The position numbers and the translations under genes were made by a program. Source: Alphaproteobacteria bacterium (lineage in GTDB: Bacteria > Pseudomonadota > Alphaproteobacteria > Bin95). From it: a stretch of 64,000 nucleotides of DNA. The notes below the pieces were generated by a model that saw nothing but the letters and a program-made list of their open reading frames with translations, did no database searches and had not been told where the DNA came from. Within the stretch, counting starts at the first letter, position 1. The number at the start of each line of letters is the position of its first letter. Shown in pieces: positions 33,726 to 42,068 of this stretch. The DNA lies in NCBI GenBank assembly GCA_963665325.3, contig CAXXWS020000002.1, forward strand, positions 1,088,001 through 1,152,000, read 5' to 3'.

Positions 33726-34559
33726 ATGGCGGTTTGGCGCGAGCGGTTGAACGAGTTTGTGTGCTCGCCGAAGACGGAACGGTTCGTCACGGTGCTGATC
33801 GTCGTCAACGCGGTGACGCTCGGCCTGGAGACCTCGGCGACGATAGACGAGGCACTGTCGCCCTGGTTGGGCTGGCTCGACAAGGCCATCGTTGCGGTCT
33901 TCGTCGTCGAAATCGCAGCCCGGCTGCTGGCCCAGGGGCCGGCCTTCTTCAAGCGCGGCTGGAACCTGTTCGATTTCGCGGTCATCGGGGTCACGCTCAT
34001 TCCGGCGACCGGCAACCTCTCCGTGCTGCGGGCGCTGCGCATCCTGCGCGTGCTGAGACTGGTCTCCGTCGTGCCGCAGATGCGCAAGGTGGTAGAGGCG
34101 CTGCTGCACGCCATTCCGGGCCTCGGCTCGATCTCCAGCCTGCTGCTGCTGGTGTTCTATGTGGGCGCGGTGATGGCGACGCGGATGTTCGGCACCGAGT
34201 TCCCGGAATGGTTCGGCAGCATCGGCGCGTCCATGTATTCGCTCTTCCAGATCATGACGCTGGAGAGCTGGTCGATGGGCATCGTGCGCCCGGTGATGGT
34301 GACCTTCGACTGGGCATGGGCCTTCTTCGTGCCCTTCATCCTGCTGACCAGCTTCGCGGTCCTGAACCTCTTCATCGCCGTCATCGTCGATGCCATGCAG
34401 ACGCTGCACACGGCCGATCGGGAAGAGACCGAGACGGTGCTCAGACAGGTGACGGAAGCCGAAGCCTCCTTCCTCGCAACGGAACTGGAAGGCCTTCGCA
34501 CCGAAATCCGCTCGCTCAAAGAGGAGATTGGGCGGGCAGGGGGCAGTGGCGGTTCGTAG
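33726..34559 (+). CDS. Bacterial voltage-gated sodium channel (NavAb/NaChBac family)
   Basis: 6 TM segments, WNLFDF in S3, S4 LRALRILRVLRL, filter FQIMTLESWSMG, S6 NLFIAVIV, C-terminal coiled coil. Confidence 0.93.
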   Translation: MAVWRERLNEFVCSPKTERFVTVLIVVNAVTLGLETSATIDEALSPWLGWLDKAIVAVFVVEIAARLLAQGPAFFKRGWNLFDFAVIGVTLIPATGNLSVLRALRILRVLRLVSVVPQMRKVVEALLHAIPGLGSISSLLLLVFYVGAVMATRMFGTEFPEWFGSIGASMYSLFQIMTLESWSMGIVRPVMVTFDWAWAFFVPFILLTSFAVLNLFIAVIVDAMQTLHTADREETETVLRQVTEAEASFLATELEGLRTEIRSLKEEIGRAGGSGGS

Positions 34560-34580
34560 CAGCTTCCTGTCCGGCCTGCT

Positions 34581-35621
34581 TCACTCCCCCTCAAGCGCGA
34601 TGCGGTGGCTGTCGAGCAGGCCGGGGGCGCGGGCCGGGTCGCCCCGGCCCCAGCCGCATTCGGTGGCGATGCCGAAGGTCGCCACCGTTTCTTCCGCAGC
34701 CGCAATGCGGCGCCGGTCGCCCTCGCGGTCGTCATGGTGGATGAGGCCGAGATAGAGCTCGCATCCCTCGGGCAGACGCAGATCCGCAAGCGGGGCGTAG
34801 TAGGCCGCGTCGTCGCGGTGTTTCGGCGCCGGAACGTGGATGAACTGGAGGGAACGCTCCAATCCGGCGAGGATGCCGTGGCTGATCTCGACCGTGTTGG
34901 CGAGGTCCGTCGGCATCACCACATGCTCGTCGTTCGGCGTGCCGTAGCAGAGGTGGTAGCCAAGCTCCGCCGGCTCAGGCACGGCGTTGCCGAGGCGCGC
35001 CAGCATGGCCGTTATGTCCTGCTTGTAGCTCGCCGGGCGGTTCGGGAAATATCCCTCCCATGCCAGCACCTCTTGGCAGACATCCCACTGTATCGCCAGG
35101 TCGCCCGGGGGGATCGCGGCGCAGATCCTGGTGAGGTCGGCCTTGAAGGCGCGCTCATAGGCGGCGAAGAACTCCGGCCGGGCCGAGGGCGAAACGAACC
35201 AGTAGCCGATCGCCATCGGCGTCGGCAGGCAGACCTGGAAGCGCACGCCGGCCGGCAGCGTTCCGGTATCGCGCATGGCGGTGAAGCGGGCGTAGGAGGC
35301 GATGGCCTCGGGTGCGTAGCCCGGATCGAATTCGACCGTCGCGGGATCGACGCCGGCGCGGAAGCGGAGCAGCTCCCATTCGCGGATCAGCTTGCCGTCC
35401 CACTGGTGGATGCGCGCCTTGTCCTCGTCGGCCGCCACCTCCATCGCCGGATGCGCCGCGACCTTCGCCCGCTGCCAGAAGATCCAGCGCGCCCGCTCGC
35501 CGGTCTCGCCGTCGGGAATCCGCCTGAGATGCGTCCCCAGCCGGCTGCCGATTTCCGCAAAGGTCGTGTCGGCGTCCGGATAGGGCAGGCTGCCGACAAG
35601 ATGGGCGCAGGTGAGCGACAT
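34581..35621 (-). CDS. Cobalamin-independent methionine synthase II (MetE C-terminal)-like Zn enzyme
   Basis: HLVGSLP, PDGETGER, QWD, HLCYG and ECG Zn ligands. Substrate unknown. Confidence 0.75.
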   Translation of the reverse strand: MSLTCAHLVGSLPYPDADTTFAEIGSRLGTHLRRIPDGETGERARWIFWQRAKVAAHPAMEVAADEDKARIHQWDGKLIREWELLRFRAGVDPATVEFDPGYAPEAIASYARFTAMRDTGTLPAGVRFQVCLPTPMAIGYWFVSPSARPEFFAAYERAFKADLTRICAAIPPGDLAIQWDVCQEVLAWEGYFPNRPASYKQDITAMLARLGNAVPEPAELGYHLCYGTPNDEHVVMPTDLANTVEISHGILAGLERSLQFIHVPAPKHRDDAAYYAPLADLRLPEGCELYLGLIHHDDREGDRRRIAAAEETVATFGIATECGWGRGDPARAPGLLDSHRIALEGE

Positions 35622-35689
35622 GGCGGGCCTCCCCCGAAGTTGGAAAGAACCATAGTACAATACGGCTCGCGAGACAGGGGAGGCGCGAG

Positions 35690-36534
35690 ATGACATTCGA
35701 TTGGCGTTCGGCGGATGATGCAACGCTGGAGGCGCATTTCAATCCGCGCGCCGCGGTCGGCGACAAGGCGGTGGAGGCCCATCTGGGCGAGTATCTGGCG
35801 GCGGCCGAGGCGGCGCGCGAGTCCTGGCCCGGAACCTGCGACATCGCCTACGGCTCCGGGCCGCGCGAGACGCTGGACCTGCACCGGCCGGCCTCGGGCG
35901 GCAATGGCGCGCTGTTCATGTTCATCCATGGCGGCTACTGGCGCCGCTTTTCCAAGGCGGACCACAGCTTTGCCGTGGGCGGCTTCGTCGAGCGCGGCGT
36001 GACGGTCGCCAATGTCGATTACACGCTCTGCCCGGATGTGACCCTGGACGAGATCGTGGCCGAGATGCGCGTCTGCCTCGCCTTCGTCCATGCCCATGCC
36101 GGGGAGTGGGGCTGCGACCCGGCGCGCCTCTTCGTCGGCGGGCATTCGGCGGGGGCACATCTGACCGCCATGCTGCTGGCGACCCGGCTTCGGCGGCGCT
36201 GATCGCGGGAGCGCACTGCATGAGCGGCATCTACGAGACGCCGGTCGTGCGGCGCATCTCGGTGAACGAGGAGGTGCGGCTGGACGAGGCGATGGCGGCG
36301 CGCAACAACGTCTTCGCCCATCGGCCGCAAAAGGCCGTGCCGATGGTCGTCTCGGTCGGCGGCGAGGAGCCGCCCGGCTGGCAGGCGCAGAGCGCCGGAT
36401 ATGCCGATATCGCCGAGGCCGCCGGCTGTGCGGTCGAGCGGGTGACGGTTCCGGGCGCCAACCACTTCTCGATGCTGTTCGACGCCGTCAGCGCAGGCGG
36501 CAGGTCCTTCGAGGCCTTCGCGGCGAAGATGTAG
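35690..36534 (+). pseudogene. Alpha/beta hydrolase (arylformamidase/esterase-like), frameshifted near 36177
   Basis: HGGYW and GHSAG are in ORF 35690-36202. SGIYE, GGEE and NHFS are in a different frame ending at 36534. Confidence 0.8.
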
Positions 36535-36701
36535 CGCTGCATCCGGCCGGTTCGGACGCGGAGGCGGTGCGCGATGACCGTGCCAGGTCTGCAGCCGTCG
36601 CCGCGGGTCTCGAATTAGGGCCGTCGGCATAAATCGCGAAGTTTTTCGCGTTGCTGCAAGACCTTCCGCGTCCCCTCCGGTCTCAAGGTCCCCCGGCGAG
36701 G

Positions 36702-38456
36702 TCAGATCGGGGCCGTGGCGGCTTCCAGCCAGAGGGGGTCTTCGCAGTCGGCGACCTCGCGCACCTGCACGTGATAGGCGTTCAGCCAATCGCGCTCGGC
36801 GGGGGTGAGGAGTGCGGTGTCGACCAGGCGGCGGTCGATGGGCGCGAAGGTCAGCGTCTCGAAGCTCAACATCTCCGGGACATCCGGGTCTTCCCGCACC
36901 AGCAGCAGGTTCTCGATGCGGATGCCGAACGCGCCCGGTTCATAGTAGCCGGGTTCGTTGGAGACGATCATGCCCGCCAGCAGGACTTCCTCGCCGCGCT
37001 TCGAGATGCGCTGCGGGCCCTCATGCACGGAGAGGTAGCTGCCGACGCCGTGGCCGGTGCCGTGGTCGAAATCGAGACCGCCCTGCCAGAGCGGCGCGCG
37101 GGCCAGCGTGTCGAGCTGGGCGCCGGTGGTCCCCTCGGGAAACCGCGCTGTTGCGAGCGCGATATGCCCCTTCAATACGCGCGTGAAGCAGGCGCGCTGC
37201 CGGTCCGTCGGGGTCCCGATAGCGATCGTGCGGGTGATGTCCGTCGTGCCGTCGAGGAACTGCGCGCCGGAATCCACCAGGTAGAGCATGTCCGGCGCGA
37301 GCGTCCGGTCGGTGGCCTCGGTCACGCCGTAATGGACGATCGCGCCGTTGGGCCCCGCGCCGGAGATGGTCGGGAAGCTGAGGTCGCGGAAGAGCGGCAG
37401 CTTCTCGCGGCAGCCGCGCAGGCGGGCGGCGGCGGAAAGCTCCGTCTGCCGCCCGGACGGGCCCTCGCGGTCGAACCAGGCGAGGAAGTCCGCCACCGCG
37501 CCGGCGTCGCGGCGGTGTGCGGCCCTCGCGCCGGCAATCTCGCTCCCGTTCTTGCAGGCCTTGGGCAGAATGCAGGGGTCGCGCTCCCGCACGATCTTCG
37601 CGCCCGCCGCCTCCAGCCGCGAGACCACCCAGGCCGGCGCACGGGCGGCATCGACCTGCACCGTCTTGCCGGCAAGCGCGTCGAGCGCCGGCCCGAAAGC
37701 CTCCGGCGGCGCGAGCGACACCTCATTGCCGAGATGCCCGCCGAGGCCCGGCGCCGGCTTCGCCGGATCGACGAACAGCTCCGCCTTCCCTTCGCGGTCC
37801 AGCAGCGCGAAGCTGAGCGGCAGCGGCGTGTGGGCAACGTCGCCGCCGCGCACATTGAGCAGCCAGGCGATAGAGTCCGGCAGGGTCAGCACCACGGCGT
37901 CGCGGCCGGCCTCGTCGAGCGCGGCGGCAATCTCGCGGCGCTTGTCGGCCGACTCGCGGCCGGCATAAGCGAGGTCGTGGGCGACCATCGGCGCGCTCGG
38001 CGGAGCGGGCCGGTCGGTCCAGACCGCATCCAGCGGATTCTCCGCGCAGGCGACCAGGCGGCCGCCCGCCTCGCCGGCGGCTTCCTCGAACTTCCGGACT
38101 TCCTTTTCCACATGCAGCCAGGGGTCGTAGCCGAGCGCGCCGCCCGGCGGCAGGTTCGCCGCGATCCATTCCGCCGGCGGGTCGTCGCTTATGTGGAGGC
38201 ACTCGAAGACCTCGGTATCGACCTGGTCCGGTATTTGCAGCGTGTAGCGGCCGTCGCTGAACACCGCGCCCTTTTCGAGCATCAGCACGGCGATACCGGC
38301 GGAACCGGTGAATCCGGTCAGCCAGGCCAGCCGTGCCGCGCTCGGCGGCACATACTCCCCCTGATACTCGTCCGCGCGCGGCACCACGAAGCCGTCGAGG
38401 CCCCGCCGGCGCAATTCAGCGCGGAGCGCGTCCACAGCCTCCCGGCGGCCGCTCAT
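36702..38456 (-). CDS. Xaa-Pro aminopeptidase (aminopeptidase P, M24)
   Basis: DSGAQFLDGTTDITRT, HGTGHGVG, HEGP, NEPGYY, GIRIEN. Confidence 0.95.
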   Translation of the reverse strand: MSGRREAVDALRAELRRRGLDGFVVPRADEYQGEYVPPSAARLAWLTGFTGSAGIAVLMLEKGAVFSDGRYTLQIPDQVDTEVFECLHISDDPPAEWIAANLPPGGALGYDPWLHVEKEVRKFEEAAGEAGGRLVACAENPLDAVWTDRPAPPSAPMVAHDLAYAGRESADKRREIAAALDEAGRDAVVLTLPDSIAWLLNVRGGDVAHTPLPLSFALLDREGKAELFVDPAKPAPGLGGHLGNEVSLAPPEAFGPALDALAGKTVQVDAARAPAWVVSRLEAAGAKIVRERDPCILPKACKNGSEIAGARAAHRRDAGAVADFLAWFDREGPSGRQTELSAAARLRGCREKLPLFRDLSFPTISGAGPNGAIVHYGVTEATDRTLAPDMLYLVDSGAQFLDGTTDITRTIAIGTPTDRQRACFTRVLKGHIALATARFPEGTTGAQLDTLARAPLWQGGLDFDHGTGHGVGSYLSVHEGPQRISKRGEEVLLAGMIVSNEPGYYEPGAFGIRIENLLLVREDPDVPEMLSFETLTFAPIDRRLVDTALLTPAERDWLNAYHVQVREVADCEDPLWLEAATAPI

Positions 38457-39502
38457 GCCGCATGGCTCCCGGTCATGAACGGCCAGAGCGCGTCCGCGCC
38501 CTCCGCCGCAATCAGGCGGCCGAGCCGGACGGACCAGAAGCGCTCATTGCCGAACTCGTCGCGCCAGCACCAGAGCCGCCTCGTGCGGTGATGGAGCGAA
38601 TGTTCGTAGGTGAAGCCCATGGCGCCGTGGACCTGGTGCGCGATGGCCGCACCCTTCGATGCCGCCTCGCCCGCGCGCGCCTTGGCCGCTGCAATCGCCG
38701 CGACGCCGGCAGGGCCGAAATCTCCGGCCGCAACGGCCTCGCCCGCGGCATCCGCCGCCGCTTCCGCGGCTGCCGCCTCGCCGGCCAGGTCCGCGAGCGC
38801 GTGCTGCACCGCCTGGAACCGCCCGATGGGCCGGCCGAACTGCTCGCGATCCTGCGCATATTGCACCGACTGGTCGAGGAGCCGGGAGAGCGCGCCGGCC
38901 ATCTGCGCCGAGCGGACCGCGGCTCCGGCGAGTGCAAGCCGGTCCCGGTCGAGCCCTTCGGGCACCGGGGCCGAGCGCACCGGCCGCACGTCGTCGAACG
39001 CGATGTCGTCCCGTGCCTCGCCGGCAAGGCTCGTTCCCGGGATGAGCGCACATGACGACCGCTCGACGAGAAGGATGCGGCCCGCTGCGAGGAGGACGAT
39101 ATGCCCGGCATTGCGGGCAAAGGGCACCTGCCTCGCCGTGCCGGACAGCGCGCCGTCCTCAAGCTCAACGATGTCCGCAGCGCCGACCGGGGCCACGGTC
39201 ATCGCGCCGCCCGGCGCGGCGAGGCCCGCTTGCTCCAGAAGCCAGCCTGCCAGCAATGTCTCCGCCAGCGGCGCCGGGACCGCCCAGGCGCCGGCCGCCT
39301 TCAATATGCCGAAGCCGTCGGCGACCTCCGCGCCGCCGCCGCCAAGTTCCTCCCCGACCCAGGCCAGCGTCAGGCCGCTTTCCTCCAGCGCCTCCCACAG
39401 CGCCACCGGCCAGACGCCGTTCTCCGCATCGTTGACGACCTCCGGCGGGCAGAGGTCGGCGAGGATGCGTTCGGCCGTGTCGAGGACGATACGGTCGCTC
39501 AT
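38453..39502 (-). CDS. Acyl-CoA dehydrogenase, short partner subunit
   Basis: REQFGRPIGRFQAVQH and HQVHGAMGFTYEH; degenerate N-terminus. Confidence 0.9.
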   Translation of the reverse strand: MSDRIVLDTAERILADLCPPEVVNDAENGVWPVALWEALEESGLTLAWVGEELGGGGAEVADGFGILKAAGAWAVPAPLAETLLAGWLLEQAGLAAPGGAMTVAPVGAADIVELEDGALSGTARQVPFARNAGHIVLLAAGRILLVERSSCALIPGTSLAGEARDDIAFDDVRPVRSAPVPEGLDRDRLALAGAAVRSAQMAGALSRLLDQSVQYAQDREQFGRPIGRFQAVQHALADLAGEAAAAEAAADAAGEAVAAGDFGPAGVAAIAAAKARAGEAASKGAAIAHQVHGAMGFTYEHSLHHRTRRLWCWRDEFGNERFWSVRLGRLIAAEGADALWPFMTGSHAA

Positions 39503-40659
39503 CGCAGGCCGAGCTCCCGTGCGACGATTCCCTTCAACACCTCATTGGTGCCGCCGCGAATGGTGGAGGAGGGCACGTGGAGCACCCCGTCCGCCAGCAC
39601 CTTGCCATAGAGGTCCGGGGACTGGCTCGCCGCTGTCGCGGGCAGCAGGTTCCGGGCTTCGCGGACCAGATCGCCCTCGAAGCGGGTGCCGAGGTCCTTG
39701 ACGAGCGCGGCCGCGACTTCCGGCGCTTCGCCTTCGTCGAGCAGCCTGGATATGCCAAGCGACATGCGCCGGAGCGCCATGCTCCGCGCCGCCAGCGCGC
39801 CGACCGTTTCTGCGTCCCGGTCGTCCGGTTCGGGGCCGAGCTCGCGCACCAGTTCCGTCAGCACCGGGAAGGTGGAAAGGAAGCGTTCCGGCCCGGAGCG
39901 CTCGATGGCGAGCTCGCTCGTCACCTGCCGCCAGCCGTCCCCGACCTCGCCGACCGCCATGTCGTCGGGCACGAACGCGTCGTCGAACACGGTTTCGTTG
40001 AAGTGGCTCTCGCCGGCGATATTGCGGATGCCGCGTATCTCGATGCCGGGGGACTTGAGATCGATCAGGAACTGCGTCAGCCCCGCGTGACGGGCCTTCA
40101 TGTCGCGGGGCGCGGTGCGGACCAGCGCGATCATGTAGTGCGAGCGGTGGGCGCCCGAAGACCAGATCTTGCGCCCGTTTATGGTCCAGCCGCCGTCCAC
40201 CTTCGTCGCCGTCGTGCGGACCGAGGCGAGGTCGGAGCCGGAATCCGGCTCGCTCATGCCGATGGCGAAATAGCACTCCCCGGCGGCAATGCGCGGCAGG
40301 ATCGATCGCCGCTGCTCCTCCGTGCCGTAGCGCAGCAGCAGCGGGCCGGACTGGCGGTCGGCGACCCAGTGCGCGGCGCAGGGCGCGCCGGCCGAGACCA
40401 TCTCTTCGGTGACGATATAGCGGTGCAGGGCGGGCTTCTCGCCGCCGCCATACTGCTTCGGCCACATCATGCCGAGCCAGCCGCGTTCGCCCATCTTGCG
40501 CGACCACTCGGGCGACCAGCCGGACCCCCAGCTGTCCGCCATCGGCGTGAAGCCGCCCGACGCCCGTTCGGCGCGGATGAACTCGCGGATTTCCTCCCTG
40601 AGCGCCCGTTCCTCCGGGCCGAACTCGACCTTCGGGAAGCGGAACCGGTCCCCTGTCAT
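39499..40659 (-). CDS. Acyl-CoA dehydrogenase, catalytic subunit
   Basis: MSEPDSGSDLAS, NGRKIWSS, FNETVFDD, ERSG, TIRGGTNE. GGGGAG Shine-Dalgarno. Confidence 0.94.
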   Translation of the reverse strand: MTGDRFRFPKVEFGPEERALREEIREFIRAERASGGFTPMADSWGSGWSPEWSRKMGERGWLGMMWPKQYGGGEKPALHRYIVTEEMVSAGAPCAAHWVADRQSGPLLLRYGTEEQRRSILPRIAAGECYFAIGMSEPDSGSDLASVRTTATKVDGGWTINGRKIWSSGAHRSHYMIALVRTAPRDMKARHAGLTQFLIDLKSPGIEIRGIRNIAGESHFNETVFDDAFVPDDMAVGEVGDGWRQVTSELAIERSGPERFLSTFPVLTELVRELGPEPDDRDAETVGALAARSMALRRMSLGISRLLDEGEAPEVAAALVKDLGTRFEGDLVREARNLLPATAASQSPDLYGKVLADGVLHVPSSTIRGGTNEVLKGIVARELGLR

Positions 40660-40828
40660 GGTCTCCCCCATTGCTGCATGGCCCTTGTATTCGAGATCGA
40701 ACCGGCCCTGCCGTCCTTACCTTTCCCCCGGCCCTCGAGCCTGCCGTATGCGCACATCCCGTCTCGGCGCGTCTCCGGCCCGCCCGCCACAGGCGCAAAG
40801 CCGGGAGCCCCGGAGGCCCCGCGCACTG

Positions 40829-40866
40829 TGTCACGATATGTCATGAAATGTCATGCGATGTCATGT
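40829..40866. repeat. Four direct TGTCAY repeats with an exact 10-bp period
   Basis: TGTCACGATA TGTCATGAAA TGTCATGCGA TGTCATGT, starting at 40829, 40839, 40849 and 40859. Confidence 0.9.
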
Positions 40867-40927
40867 TCCGGCGTGCTGTGCGGCCTCCGCCGGCCCTGCC
40901 GAAGCTTCGTTCGCCCCTGTCCTGCAT
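40841..40927 (-). CDS. Putative 28-aa small ORF MQDRGERSFGRAGGGRTARRNMTSHDIS
   Basis: GGAGG 6 nt before the ATG at 40927. Its stop overlaps (ATGA) the start of the 62-aa ORF 40656-40844. Confidence 0.35.
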   Translation of the reverse strand: MQDRGERSFGRAGGGRTARRNMTSHDIS

Positions 40928-41254
40928 GTCGTTCCTCCATTGCGTTTCGTTCCACTCCGTTCCGCTCTGCCCGCCGCCGATGCTCCGGCCGGGCGGAACC
41001 CTTTTCCGCGCGTATCGCGCGCCCGCCTGTGCGCCTGCCGGCGCGCGTTAGCGCCGGCGCGGTTCGCGCGCCTGATTGCGCGCGCGGGCGCCCGAGCGCA
41101 GGGCGCACTTCTCCTGTCCGTTTCGTTGGATTCTTTATTCGCGCCGGCGCGAAGCGGCCCCGCGGATGCCGCTCCCTTTGCCCCATATTGGCACGGATTT
41201 TCGGGATACAAGTCTTTGTCGGGAATTATTTCAAAATAAGTGAACAAATTGCCA

Positions 41255-42061
41255 TCAGGCTGAGCCGTTCTCGACCAGCACCATGATGGCGCCATTATTG
41301 TGGGCCCGGCCGACAAAGGCCCGGCCGAGGCTGTCCCTCCCGACGGGGACGCCGCTGGCTTCCATGAGGCGGATGGCGCGATCGAGGTCGGCGAAGGCGA
41401 TGACCTGCCCGGCCATGCAGGGCAGCGACGGTGCGACCTCGCCGGGGAACAGGTCCGCGTACGCCCTGGCGGACAGCGCCGCATAGCCGGCGGGGTCCGC
41501 GCCGAAGGCATTGAGCCGGGCCGCCAGGTCGTCCGGCCGGTCCGAGACCCACAGGCATTGCCGGAGCGCGGTTGCGCCGTTGGGATGCTCCAGCAGTTCG
41601 GGCCGCCATAGCACCTCCGGCGTCTGGTGCTCGATGACGATGATCCGGCCTTCCGGCCAGCTTGCGTCCTTGGAGAAGATGTTGCGGAACCGCATCTCGC
41701 CCGCCGGCGTCGAGCGGGCGCGCTGCACCGGCGGATCGAAACCGAGCGCCGCCATGTCCGGCCATGCGCGATCCGCCGACGCGCAGCGGAAGGCCGCTAT
41801 ATGGATGCCTTCATACCGGGCCATGAACCGGGTCCAGGGGTTGAACCGCTCCGGAGCGCGAACGCCGATCAGCTCCAGATAGCCCCGATAGAACAGGGCG
41901 CAGCGGTTGGCGGTGGCCCAGGGCTGCATCCCGCTTGTCCCCGGCACGGCGCCCTGCTGCGGCGTTTCCGGGGAGAGCAGAAAGCCCAGCCGCTCCAGGG
42001 CGGCGGCGCCCGCATCCAGATCGGTGCGCATCTGGCCGGTATGGTCGAGAGGGTAGGTCAT
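41255..42061 (-). CDS. VOC/glyoxalase-like family protein
   Basis: LDH, LGFLLSP, TANRCA..GYLELI, EGIH, HPNGA. Confidence 0.85.
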   Translation of the reverse strand: MTYPLDHTGQMRTDLDAGAAALERLGFLLSPETPQQGAVPGTSGMQPWATANRCALFYRGYLELIGVRAPERFNPWTRFMARYEGIHIAAFRCASADRAWPDMAALGFDPPVQRARSTPAGEMRFRNIFSKDASWPEGRIIVIEHQTPEVLWRPELLEHPNGATALRQCLWVSDRPDDLAARLNAFGADPAGYAALSARAYADLFPGEVAPSLPCMAGQVIAFADLDRAIRLMEASGVPVGRDSLGRAFVGRAHNNGAIMVLVENGSA

Positions 42062-42068
42062 GGCTGGT

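Noticed and set aside
36165-36205. Programmed ribosomal frameshift in the hydrolase
   Set aside because: No slippery sequence or homopolymer; a simple 1-bp deletion explains it.
40829-40866. Pho box or CRISPR interpretation of the TGTCAY repeats
   Set aside because: The period is 10 bp, not the 11 bp of a Pho box. The units are far too short for CRISPR and there are no cas genes.
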